DNA of 32,000 nucleotides, from the NCBI RefSeq assembly GCF_001412615.1, contig NZ_CP013011.1, positions 900,001 to 932,000 on the forward strand, in the 5' to 3' direction. This document shows, in pieces, positions 16,313 to 24,993 of the stretch. Every line of letters begins with the position of its first letter. Position 1 is the first letter of the stretch. The translations under genes and the position numbers were made by a program. The notes below the pieces were generated by a model. The model saw only the letters and a program-made list of their open reading frames with translations. It had not been told where the DNA came from and searched no databases. This DNA is from Pyrodictium delaneyi (lineage in GTDB: Archaea; Thermoproteota; Thermoprotei_A; Sulfolobales; Pyrodictiaceae).

Positions 16313-17448
16313 CCCGCTTTGTCTCGGGGCGGTTTTTGCTCGGCGACAAATGCTATACGTATTAGCCCCTTATCCCCGCCGTCGTATCTCTTCTCTATAA
16401 TAGCTAACCCATAGATCATCAACGGAGATAAAGCTGATAGTAGCTCTCCTACGCCGGCTTCTACTCCCTTTCCTAGCTTAGCTAAAGTGTCCTCCACTTC
16501 TACGTCTAGCTCAGCCCATACAGCGCCCAGAGGGAGGCATGGCGGTTCGCCGGGGCACTCAGCCCTCGGGAGGCACTGGCTGCGTTGTGACGCATTTGAA
16601 GCCATGAGGTCTAATAATTCTCTTAGCTCCTTTGAGGCACGCGATACGTGCCTCATGGCTGCCTGGAGCATGTCCTTTACTGGGTCGGGCTTCTTGTAGA
16701 AGGCTTCTAGCTCACTGAGCTGTAGTAGCCGAGCTCCAGCGTGTACTAGGCATCGATAACGCGCTAGAGGTGAACCCGGCTGAGCCCGGTAGACTATCCT
16801 CAGCGGGTCAACATCAGCCCCAAAGAAACGGGCATATTCTTCTAAGCCTAGCTCCTCTAATTCCCTTCGCTCGTCTTTCTCGGCTATTTTCTCCAGTAGC
16901 GCGGCAGTGATGCTCCACGCACTATAGAGGACTAGAGCTTTTCTACTATAGGGAGGCATGCCATCCACTATAGCTGACAAGAGTTGGCGAACGAGCTCCG
17001 GTGCCCACATGGGATCATTTGTGTCTACTTCCTGAGGCTCAGAGGCATCTGTGCCGAGACTCTCGAGAAGCGCTCGGGCTGCATCGCGGAGCGCCTCTAT
17101 CTGGGAGACAGGTCGTGTCTTCGAAGCCGCTACGCGTATACCCCTACTAGCTATGCTGAGTGGAAGCCCGTCACGCAGCCTTGCAGCGAGCCTCTCAGGC
17201 TGCTGGATATAGACGCCTATGACGTCACGGTAGAATCTAGCTAGGCTCCGCGGCGGATACCTTTGGCCCCGCCGCTCCGGCTTAAAGCCGCCCAACAACA
17301 TCTCTACGGTATGCTCATCATCCACTAGCTCGGCTAACTCTCGCCCTTCCAGCGTAGCTATCAGTCTTCTACGAGCTTCAAGAAACCCCGAAGCCAGTCG
17401 GTAAATGCTAGCCGCGTACTCTCTCATGAAATCTCTAAGCTCTGACAC
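16309..17448 (-). CDS. Hypothetical protein (379 aa, predicted mostly alpha-helical)
   Basis: Long ORF with a normal composition. I recognise no motif. Its stop overlaps the convergent stop in a CTAG tetranucleotide (16309-16312). Confidence 0.6.
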   Translation of the reverse strand: MSELRDFMREYAASIYRLASGFLEARRRLIATLEGRELAELVDDEHTVEMLLGGFKPERRGQRYPPRSLARFYRDVIGVYIQQPERLAARLRDGLPLSIASRGIRVAASKTRPVSQIEALRDAARALLESLGTDASEPQEVDTNDPMWAPELVRQLLSAIVDGMPPYSRKALVLYSAWSITAALLEKIAEKDERRELEELGLEEYARFFGADVDPLRIVYRAQPGSPLARYRCLVHAGARLLQLSELEAFYKKPDPVKDMLQAAMRHVSRASKELRELLDLMASNASQRSQCLPRAECPGEPPCLPLGAVWAELDVEVEDTLAKLGKGVEAGVGELLSALSPLMIYGLAIIEKRYDGGDKGLIRIAFVAEQKPPRDKAG

Positions 17449-17584
17449 CCGTACACGCCCCAGGGGAATTCTTCTAGACCCGGCCCCGGGTAATGCTAGT
17501 TATCCACCTATCGGCATTGATTGAGGCTGCAGTATACTACCCTATAGACGCTAAGGCTAGAAGGGACCACCGGGATCCACCTAC

Positions 17585-18283
17585 GTGTCCCCCTGGGGCC
17601 GTGCCTCGCGGCTCACAATACTCGTAGATAATAGAGCTCGTAGCTGGCTAGAGAGCGCTTGGGGCCTCAGTATACTCGTTGAGACAAGGGATACGCGTAT
17701 CCTATTCGATGCCGGCCCGAGTCCTGAACTCCTCTGCCGGAACGCTGAAAGACTCGGAGTCAGCCTCGACATAGACTTTGCTGTGCTTAGCCACCCGCAC
17801 CGGGATCATTACGGCGGGTTCCCATGTGTAGCCGAGGTTGCCCCTGGTACAGTAGTCTACATGCCCCCTTCGCCAAGCCATGTTGTCTCGTGGATACGAA
17901 AACTGGGACTCGTACCCGTAGTCCAGTCTAAGGGGCTGAAAGCTGCCCCAAACGCAGCTATATCACCCGCCCTAGATGGAGCCGGGCTACGTGAACACGC
18001 ACTAGCCGTCAAAGAGAACGAGTGTGTATCCGTGCTTCTAGGCTGTAGCCATCCAGGCCCCAGCAGACTAGCAGCAACAGCCCTGAGAATACTCGGAGCT
18101 GAGCACGCGTGTCTAGCGATAGGTGGGCTCCACAATGCGGAGGCAGCCGAGGTTGAAGCGTTATTAGAGCTAGTTGACCGGATAGCACCTATACACTGCA
18201 GCGGTAGAGCCGCAGAATACCTTGCTTCAAGGAAGCCGGGCAGCTACATCAATGTAGCAGCTGGCGACGTGATAGAACTCTAA
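17585..18283 (+). CDS. Metallo-beta-lactamase-fold protein (COG1237-like)
   Basis: It has the canonical HxHxDH motif (AVLSHPHRDHYGG). The N-terminal pattern ILVDNRA..WGLSILVE..ILFDAGPSPELL is typical of the archaeal COG1237 MBL group. Confidence 0.75.
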   Translation: MSPWGRASRLTILVDNRARSWLESAWGLSILVETRDTRILFDAGPSPELLCRNAERLGVSLDIDFAVLSHPHRDHYGGFPCVAEVAPGTVVYMPPSPSHVVSWIRKLGLVPVVQSKGLKAAPNAAISPALDGAGLREHALAVKENECVSVLLGCSHPGPSRLAATALRILGAEHACLAIGGLHNAEAAEVEALLELVDRIAPIHCSGRAAEYLASRKPGSYINVAAGDVIEL

Positions 18284-18354
18284 GGGCTCAGCCACACTAG
18301 GGTTCCACATCAACGCTGTCCGATCTCTCGGCATTGCTACCCATCATCACTGCC

Positions 18355-18745
18355 ACTCCAGGCAAAGAGGGGCCCAGGCCTCGGGGGCGGCAGGCCTGCG
18401 CATCAGCCGCCCCTTGGGGCGGCCCTTCGCATTCTGCCCCGCAATTATTGCGCGTTGATCCCGGAGCCTCACCGGCGGGCCCCGAGGGAGGACTCTATAC
18501 TTCCAAGTTGAGGGTCTATATTCGCCCGGGGACCCAGATTTAGAGGACTACCGGGGCTGTGAGGACGTGCTTTTCACCCGAAGAGCCGGGTGTGGACCGC
18601 TTGCCGCCCCGAGCCCCTTCACTGTTAGGGTTCTTTCCGGGGGTGATGAGCCCACCCTTGGCGGAGCCCCCTACTCTCTCGGGGCGGTGGCGTGGGAGGA
18701 GCCGTCTCCTCCTGACCCTCCATAGCAGCTGTCTAGAGGCCCTCC
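18355..18745. ncRNA. Candidate structured non-coding RNA of unassigned class (GC-rich, helix-dense, ~390 nt)
   Basis: Only short Pro/Gly/Arg-rich shadow ORFs are present. There are many perfect local and long-range helices. On the plus strand they are GGGGCCC(18369-75)/GGGCCCC(18477-83), GCCGCCCC-UU-GGGGCGGC (18406-18423), CACCCG..CGGGUG (18575-18592), CCGCCCCGAG(18604-13)/CUCGGGGCGG(18678-87) and GGAGGAG-CCGU-CUCCUCC (18695-18712). Strand could not be decided because G:U evidence conflicts between helices. Confidence 0.45.
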
Positions 18746-19537
18746 TTAAGGCTCTATAGATTGTAAAGCTTCTTCATAGAGCTGCCGGGCTATACTACGG
18801 CGTATCCACGGCGGCTCTGCTGGCACTAGACTATCGATGTTCTCTGCCACCCCTGGATCAAGTCTTATAGCGCCAGCTACTAGGAGTCTCGTGAACGCCT
18901 TGGTGGCCATATAGGCTACGTATAAGCGGCCAGCACCACGGTTCACAGCTTGTGCTATCTCCCGGAGGATGCGGTAAACCATCCTTACCTGTTCACGGCT
19001 ATGTAGGTGAAGGTATACTGTTGTGCGACTACGGCCCGAGAGCCGGTAGAGGTACTCCATTATCCGGGCTGGTACGGCTATGTAGACCCGGCTTCCCGCG
19101 CTTAACGCTGCTGGCAAAGCATTCCAGGCTGCGCGGTGTATAAGCGCCACAAGGTTACCCTGCAACGCTTCATTGCTGCGGCTATTGCCAGCAAGCCCTA
19201 ACTGCATTACTTGGAGTCCTGCACCACGACGGTAGGTATACAGAACCGTTACCTCTCTGGCGCCAACAATGCTGCTGGCTCGACTAAACCATTCGGCAAC
19301 GACACCTGCTTCTTCGGGTCGAAGCGGTCTTTTACTATGGAATAGAGCCATCTCCCTGACGAGGAACAGTATAGGGAGCGCGATTACACCAACCACAATT
19401 CCGGTAACTAGTGCTACGCCAACAGGCGTACCAGTAGCTACGGCTAATACTATGACTGCTCCTGCTACGGCTATAGCACCTATGTCCGGACGTGGTGGCA
19501 AAACCTCTCTAGAAGCCAGACGATTTCTAGTCTCCAC
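18746..19537 (-). CDS. Hypothetical membrane-anchored protein
   Basis: 263-aa ORF. Its N-terminal hydrophobic segments are IGAIAVAGAVIVLAVATG and ALVTGIVVGVIALPILFLV. A soluble domain of unknown type follows. Confidence 0.6.
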   Translation of the reverse strand: METRNRLASREVLPPRPDIGAIAVAGAVIVLAVATGTPVGVALVTGIVVGVIALPILFLVREMALFHSKRPLRPEEAGVVAEWFSRASSIVGAREVTVLYTYRRGAGLQVMQLGLAGNSRSNEALQGNLVALIHRAAWNALPAALSAGSRVYIAVPARIMEYLYRLSGRSRTTVYLHLHSREQVRMVYRILREIAQAVNRGAGRLYVAYMATKAFTRLLVAGAIRLDPGVAENIDSLVPAEPPWIRRSIARQLYEEALQSIEP

Positions 19538-19597
19538 GTAGAGGGGGCACCTCCATCTAATACCAGCGTAATACTAATCATTAATTTCCTCGGAGAA

Positions 19598-19635
19598 GCC
19601 CCAGAGGGCCGGCTTGTTGTGTAACCCTCTGGGGC
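19598..19635. repeat. Perfect 11-bp inverted repeat (hairpin) with a 16-nt loop
   Basis: GCCCCAGAGGG (19598-19608) pairs with CCCTCTGGGGC (19625-19635). It lies in the intergenic region downstream of queC and upstream of 18746-19537. No flanking T-tract. Confidence 0.7.
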
Positions 19636-19748
19636 CTCTAGGCACCAGAATCTATCATAGCACCACGGGTAGCAATAAGTGTTTACATTGTGGATATACG
19701 GGGCAAAAACTCTTAGACAGTAATGAGGCCTGCTCGTTGCTTGTTAAC

Positions 19749-20606
19749 CTAACTCCTCGGCTCCGCTAGCTTGGTGCAACTCTTGTGAACGTACGCGTCA
19801 CCCACCTTGACGAACTCGCTGGGGTCGCCTGGCGGCTGCTCGTAGAGTGTGCAGTCAGGTATACCTGCCTCCTTGAATGCTGCGTGGCGGTTGCGGCAGC
19901 TCTCGCAACGGCCACAGTGATACTTGCCCGAGAGGTAGCAGCTCCAAGTCTCGTATATCAAGTCTCCGATAAGCTCATGGGTTCTCTTGAGGTTCTCTGC
20001 CTTAGTGAGGCCCTGGCGGCTCGGGCTCCATATCTCTAGCCGGCGCTCACCACGGAAGTGGCAGACCCGGAACGCTGCCTGGAGTACCTCGATACACTCG
20101 GGGCTACAGTCTGGGTAGAGAGGCTCCCACGTATCCTTTCTCGGGGCTATGACGTTGTAGTGTGCACCATAGGCGACGTAGATGTTCTCGCCCGGGTAGA
20201 GACCCATCAAGCTATAAGCGTATGCACTCGCAATGCTTAGCATAACCACGTTCCGGATCGGCACCACCACTGTGGGCTGGTACTCTTTCTCCACCGTTAC
20301 CTTCTCGTCTGTCAGCTGGCTCCCCACCCAGAGCCTGGCCATGAAGCTCATGTCGACTACCTTGTGCTCTACTATCCTGCCCCAGCCTTCACGGCTCTCG
20401 GCTAGCTTGTTAGCCTCCTCTATGAGCCGTTTCGCCACCTCTAGCTCCTTGCTGCCCTTCTGCCCGTAGTTGAAGCTAAGCGCGTGAACCATGCATCCCC
20501 TAGAGAGCCACTGGACCATGTAGCCGAAGCTGTCCGGGCCGCCGCTCACAACCGCTACTACGCGGCATGGTTTACGCACGACAGGCTCGACGCCACACTT
20601 CTCCAC
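19749..20606 (-). CDS. queC: 7-cyano-7-deazaguanine synthase (QueC-like PP-loop ATPase; archaeosine/queuosine precursor pathway)
   Basis: It has the PP-loop [11 protein letters not shown] and the C-terminal Zn cluster [22 protein letters not shown]. At 285 aa it is longer than typical QueC proteins. Confidence 0.75.
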   Translation of the reverse strand: MEKCGVEPVVRKPCRVVAVVSGGPDSFGYMVQWLSRGCMVHALSFNYGQKGSKELEVAKRLIEEANKLAESREGWGRIVEHKVVDMSFMARLWVGSQLTDEKVTVEKEYQPTVVVPIRNVVMLSIASAYAYSLMGLYPGENIYVAYGAHYNVIAPRKDTWEPLYPDCSPECIEVLQAAFRVCHFRGERRLEIWSPSRQGLTKAENLKRTHELIGDLIYETWSCYLSGKYHCGRCESCRNRHAAFKEAGIPDCTLYEQPPGDPSEFVKVGDAYVHKSCTKLAEPRS

Positions 20607-20692
20607 GGCCTATGCCACCCTGGCTCTATACTAACCAGGATGGATGACCATCTACACGTCCTTATACTGGTTGCCCGGGAAGACACAAGTGT

Positions 20693-21406
20693 CTATCCCT
20701 GGGCTGCCTCGAGGCACATCTCTAGCCCGCCGTCAAGAACTATGAGGCGGCGTCTCTCCACAGTAACGCCGGGCGGTTTGACTCTCCTAATAGAGGACGT
20801 GTAGGCGGCGCAGCTACCGACTAGCCTCCAGCTAGGCTCTCGGAGTGGGTCGCGGCCGGCACGGCGTAGAGCCTCGATCATCTCGTGGAGCCCAGGGGTG
20901 GTATGGGCTGGGCCGAGGCCGGCTGCATGGTATAGGCTTGAAATGTAGTTGTTGAAGCCCACCCGTGCTCTGTAGAGGAGGTACCGTGCCGCGTCTCTCC
21001 CAGAGTAGAGCTTGACCACCCGAGAGTCGAGGAAGAGAAGGCGGCCGAGCGCCCGGGACACGTAGCCCGATACTATGCCGGCGGATATGCTGACTAGCTT
21101 CTCGACGCGTCCTCCATAAGGCGGCTCCCCAGTGTACACAAGGTTCACCTCATCACTGACCACAAGGATACAGCAACCACCCATGACGTGTAGCAGTTCT
21201 ACAGCTGCACGCGCTAGAGCCCGGTGAACCCGCTCGTCTCTGGGCCATTCAAAGCCATGGAGTCGGCGACCCCACCCGACGCCGTCAAGACGGAGTGCAA
21301 AGGGCGGTTCGACTCGCTCCCTCTGGAAGATTTCACGAGCCTTATACTCCTCTTCGAGCTTGGCAGGATTGACCTCGAAGAGCCGCTGGAGAAGCCCAGC
21401 GTCCAA
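20693..21406 (-). CDS. tRNA(His) guanylyltransferase-like protein (Thg1-like protein, TLP)
   Basis: The Thg1-family pattern is ALRLDGVGW..FEWPRDERV..ILVVSDEVNLVY..GGRVEKLVSISAGIVS..FLDSRVV..YLLYRARVGFNN, with both catalytic Asp contexts (LDG, SDE) present. Confidence 0.7.
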   Translation of the reverse strand: MDAGLLQRLFEVNPAKLEEEYKAREIFQRERVEPPFALRLDGVGWGRRLHGFEWPRDERVHRALARAAVELLHVMGGCCILVVSDEVNLVYTGEPPYGGRVEKLVSISAGIVSGYVSRALGRLLFLDSRVVKLYSGRDAARYLLYRARVGFNNYISSLYHAAGLGPAHTTPGLHEMIEALRRAGRDPLREPSWRLVGSCAAYTSSIRRVKPPGVTVERRRLIVLDGGLEMCLEAAQG

Positions 21407-21526
21407 TACACTACACCTGTGCTGCGGAGAAAGAGGAAGAACAACCCCCTACGCTATACCGCCCTAGGGCCAATAGATGGAGAGAAAGTGGATAGCCATA
21501 CACGGGGCACTGGACCGCCGAGAGGG

Positions 21527-22750
21527 CTAACGGCGTGTCTTCTCTGCTAGGAGCTTCTCTACCTCCTCTCGTATCCTTCCGACGCCCTCGCGTATCCTCT
21601 CCACGCTTATCGCGTAGCTTAGCCGGATGAAGCCCTCGCCGGCCTTCTCGGGGAACACCGTGCCCGGCAGCGTTACTACGCCACGGCTGTAGAGCAGGTG
21701 GTCTACGAACTCCTCGGTAGACATCCCGGTCTCCTCTAGAACCTTGGCCACCCTGGGGAACACGTAGAAGGCGCCACGGGGTACTGCCACCTCGAAGCCA
21801 GGGACGCGGCGTAGCTCCTCGACCACTGCGTCGCGGCGGCGGCGGAACTCCTCCACCATCTTCTCTACGGGCTCCCAGGGCCCCTTGAGCGCAGCGACGC
21901 CTGCACGCTGGCTTATACTCGGCGGACAACTGTAGACGTTCACAGCGAGCCTCTTTATCCTTTCTATTACGGGTTTTGCAGCGACGAGATAGCCGAGCCT
22001 CCAGCCAGTCATAGAGAAGGTCTTCGAGTGCCCATTTACGTAGAGCACGTGGTCCTTCCAGCCGCTAAAGGTGAGTATGCTGCGGAACCCACCCTCGTAG
22101 ACAAAGTTGTCGTAGATCTCGTCTGCGAGCACTACGAGGCCGTGTTTACGCGCAATCTCTAGCACTGCCTCTACCTGTTCAGGGCCGAAGAGGGCGCCTG
22201 TCGGGTTATGCGGATTAGTCAATACAATCATCTTGGTCCGCTCGGTGACAGCCTTCTCGATAGCTTCTACGTCTAGCTCGAAGCCGTGCTCCGGCCCCCT
22301 CCACTTAAGCGGGATGAACACTGGCCGTGCGCCCATAGCCCTGGCTGTTTCAGGATAGGCTGGGTAGCTCGGCTCGGGTACAATCACCTCGTCGCCTGGG
22401 CCCAGGTAGGCGGCAACTGCCAGGAAGATAGCCGTCTTAGCACCAGTTGTCGCGAGCACCTCGTCGGGCTTCACTCCGGCCTGGTACCGGGTGTTGAGAT
22501 ACTCAGCTATTGCCTCGCGTAGCTCGGGTATACCAGCGGTCTCGGTGTACCCTGTGAACTTCTCCTCGAGGGCCCGTTTCCCCTCCTCAATAATGTGGTC
22601 AAAGGTCGGGATATCGGGCTGGCCTACACCGAAGCTTATCACATCTACACCACGACGGGCAAGCTCACGAGCCTTAGCTATGTAGAGGAAGCCGGCTTCG
22701 CCGCGTAGACCGGTGATAACTGAGCGCATGAGCTTCTCGACGGCCGACAC
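21527..22750 (-). CDS. Class I/II pyridoxal-phosphate aminotransferase (aspartate aminotransferase-like)
   Basis: 407-aa ORF with NPHNPTG, and with the PLP lysine in GHSKTFSMTGWRLGY. It has the typical AspC-family layout. Confidence 0.88.
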   Translation of the reverse strand: MSAVEKLMRSVITGLRGEAGFLYIAKARELARRGVDVISFGVGQPDIPTFDHIIEEGKRALEEKFTGYTETAGIPELREAIAEYLNTRYQAGVKPDEVLATTGAKTAIFLAVAAYLGPGDEVIVPEPSYPAYPETARAMGARPVFIPLKWRGPEHGFELDVEAIEKAVTERTKMIVLTNPHNPTGALFGPEQVEAVLEIARKHGLVVLADEIYDNFVYEGGFRSILTFSGWKDHVLYVNGHSKTFSMTGWRLGYLVAAKPVIERIKRLAVNVYSCPPSISQRAGVAALKGPWEPVEKMVEEFRRRRDAVVEELRRVPGFEVAVPRGAFYVFPRVAKVLEETGMSTEEFVDHLLYSRGVVTLPGTVFPEKAGEGFIRLSYAISVERIREGVGRIREEVEKLLAEKTRR

Positions 22751-23052
22751 GTCTTACAGCACCCCACACGCGTGTCGAGAGTACGGCTATGGAGGGGGTA
22801 GTAAGGCTCGCGTAGCTCCTCTAGGGCGGGGTCGCCGAAAGGGCGTCCCTCCCCACCCGGAGGGTCGGCTGTTAAGGCCCAGCTCATCCCCCAGTGTGCA
22901 GAAGCCCCTGGCTTTGACGCCTAAGTAGACTATCGACCTTGAATAGAATGCCTAAAGCAGATGCAGCATAGCATGAGTAGGAGGAGGCCGTGGTAGCAGA
23001 AAAGAGCGCCGAGGAATTTGAGTAAAAAGTATCGAGAATAGTCTAGCTAAAG

Positions 23053-24282
23053 TCACCTTAGCACTAGTATCTTGTTTGGTTTTTCGCCGGGCTCTATGGC
23101 TAGTATTCTTAGACCTATGATGTAGAGCAATAGCCAGAGGCCGAAACCGCCAACTACTGCTGCTGCCTCGATTGGGCTAGCCAGCAGCTCGTGTAGCACC
23201 TCAGCCTTGTACTCCTGGCCTAGCGCGTGCGCTGCTAATGCCTCGTAACTGGGCATAGCTTCGAGCCTCGCCAGCTGGCCGGCCACTACCAGCGAGTGTA
23301 GCAGCAGGAAGGCGCCTACTATGCCCGCGATGGAGCCAGCGACCATTGCTGGTCTACTCACCCTAGTCCCGGCATAGAGGCCCAATACTATTGGTGCTAT
23401 CACTGCTAGCAGCACGCCGAGCCAGAAGACTCCTGCCAGCTCGCCACCGACTAGCAGATTCTTAGCCACTGTTGCTAGGCCCCAGCCCTCCTGCTGTACC
23501 AGGCTCCACATCACCAGGAAGCCTACAGCAACAGCCATGCCAGCCAGCTCCTTGGAGACGCCGCGGACGCAGCACTCGCGCCACCGCTCCAAAGGCAGTG
23601 CCGTGAGCCTCGTCGCCACCTCGCCTAGGCCTATCGCTGTCCACGCGGCGCCCAGCATGAATGCTAGCGCTATGTTGAGCACACCGAGCGGTACTGAGAA
23701 CCATGCCGGCACCGCCAGGTTCTGGCCGAAGGCTAGCGCCAGGTTGTACTCGAGCGTTAGGCTTGCTAGCAGACCGCCTAGCAGCAGGGCGCGGCCGATC
23801 GGCTTAGTCAGCGCCTCCTCACCCTTCATGATGGTGTACAGTAGTGTCGTCACTGCGAAGCCGGCGTACACTATGTAGAGTATGCCGTTCCACGCTATCC
23901 TCGCCGAGGGGTTGAAGCCCAGGTATATCCACATGCTGTGCCCTATGTGTGTCAAGTCGGCGAACACAAGTAGTATACCGGGCACCAGCAGTGCTAGTGC
24001 GAGCCACAGCGTCTTCCTCGCGAGGGGCAGCGCCTCCTCCTCACAGTATATGCCCAGCCTTATCGCAAGCGCATCGAACACGCCGCCACTCGATATCGCG
24101 AAGAACACGTAGCCGGTGACCATCAGGCCCCAGGGTACTAGCGCGTGTAGCGGCGATGCTTCGCTCAGTGTCTGGTAGCCGTAGACGCCGTAGATGAATA
24201 GTAGTGTTAGCAGTGCGCCGACTCCTAGGAGCGCGTAGCCTGCTACGCCCATGTCCTTTGTCTTCGCCTTTTCACCCGCCAT
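23053..24282 (-). CDS. NrfD/PsrC-type polytopic membrane anchor subunit of the molybdopterin oxidoreductase
   Basis: 409 aa, highly hydrophobic (at least 8-10 TM segments). It lies immediately downstream (26-nt gap) of the 4Fe-4S subunit gene. Confidence 0.7.
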   Translation of the reverse strand: MAGEKAKTKDMGVAGYALLGVGALLTLLFIYGVYGYQTLSEASPLHALVPWGLMVTGYVFFAISSGGVFDALAIRLGIYCEEEALPLARKTLWLALALLVPGILLVFADLTHIGHSMWIYLGFNPSARIAWNGILYIVYAGFAVTTLLYTIMKGEEALTKPIGRALLLGGLLASLTLEYNLALAFGQNLAVPAWFSVPLGVLNIALAFMLGAAWTAIGLGEVATRLTALPLERWRECCVRGVSKELAGMAVAVGFLVMWSLVQQEGWGLATVAKNLLVGGELAGVFWLGVLLAVIAPIVLGLYAGTRVSRPAMVAGSIAGIVGAFLLLHSLVVAGQLARLEAMPSYEALAAHALGQEYKAEVLHELLASPIEAAAVVGGFGLWLLLYIIGLRILAIEPGEKPNKILVLR

Positions 24283-24308
24283 GGAGACTCACCTCTCGCG
24301 TACACGGC

Positions 24309-24980
24309 TTATTTTCTACCTGTACGGGATACGGCTGGAGTACGCTGTGGAGGTATGAAGAACAGCTTGGGTCTTGTGCCCAGCTCGGGTGCTAGCGTCA
24401 CTGCTTTGCCGCTCCTGACGATCCTCGATACCTCGCTTGCTGGGTCGTCTAGGTCGCCGAACATTCTTGCACCGAAGGCGCACGCCTCTACACAGGCTGG
24501 CACCCAGTTGTTGGAGGAAGCGCTACCGCGATGTATACAGAAGGTACACTTGTCAGGGTAGCCTGGTAGTAGTGCCTCGCTGTGGGGTGCTGGTCCCCCT
24601 ATCTTGCCGCGGTACATCGTCCTAGCGCCGTAGGGGCAGGCTATGACGCATGCTCGGCAGCCGATGCACTTGTTGTGGTCGAGCATCACTACACCGTTCT
24701 CGGTGATGTAGGTGGCGCCAGTCGGGCACGCCATGGCGCATGGAGCGTTCTCGCAATGCAGGCACTGTATGAAGTACGTGACGCCACTGAACGGGTAGCC
24801 CTCCATTGTCATCTTAGCTGGCTTGGTGCGTGCGTAGTAGGTGCTGTTGCCCTCTGGCAGCTCTACTGCGTCTCCGGTCTGCCTCATCACGTTCTCTCGT
24901 AGACACGCAATTGTACAAGCCATGCATGTTATACAGCGGTTAAGATCTATTATCATACCCATCCGGGCCATCAGCGTCAC
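24309..24980 (-). CDS. 4Fe-4S ferredoxin-type electron-transfer subunit (PsrB/NrfC/DmsB-like)
   Basis: Four Cys clusters are present: CITCMACTIAC, CLHCENAPCAMACP, CIGCRACVIACP and CTFCIHR...CVEAC. There is a 13-nt gap to the catalytic subunit gene. Confidence 0.9.
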   Translation of the reverse strand: MTLMARMGMIIDLNRCITCMACTIACLRENVMRQTGDAVELPEGNSTYYARTKPAKMTMEGYPFSGVTYFIQCLHCENAPCAMACPTGATYITENGVVMLDHNKCIGCRACVIACPYGARTMYRGKIGGPAPHSEALLPGYPDKCTFCIHRGSASSNNWVPACVEACAFGARMFGDLDDPASEVSRIVRSGKAVTLAPELGTRPKLFFIPPQRTPAVSRTGRK

Positions 24981-24993
24981 CTCCGTCCATGGT

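Noticed and set aside
18371-18400. Plus-strand CCAGGCC-UCGG-GGGCGGCAGGCC looked like SRP RNA helix 8 (archaeal CCAGGCCC-GGAA-GGGAGCAACGG).
   Set aside because: There is no GNAR tetraloop and no AGCA in the 3' strand. The region also lacks the rod-like 5'/3' pairing (helix 5) expected of SRP RNA.
18630-18638. Minus-strand GGAAAGAAC as a possible RNase P CR-I (GGAAAGUCC).
   Set aside because: It has two mismatches in the most conserved positions, and no complementary P4 3' strand or ACAGAA-type CR-V is found. RNase P therefore stays a hypothesis to test with a covariance model and is not a call.
22828-22851. GAAAG-capped hairpin GGGG-U-CGCC-GAAAG-GGCG-U-CCC within the 300-nt aspC/psrC intergenic region, as a possible small RNA.
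   Set aside because: It is a short isolated stem with a U:U mismatch, and no box motifs or further structure surround it. That is insufficient to call a feature.
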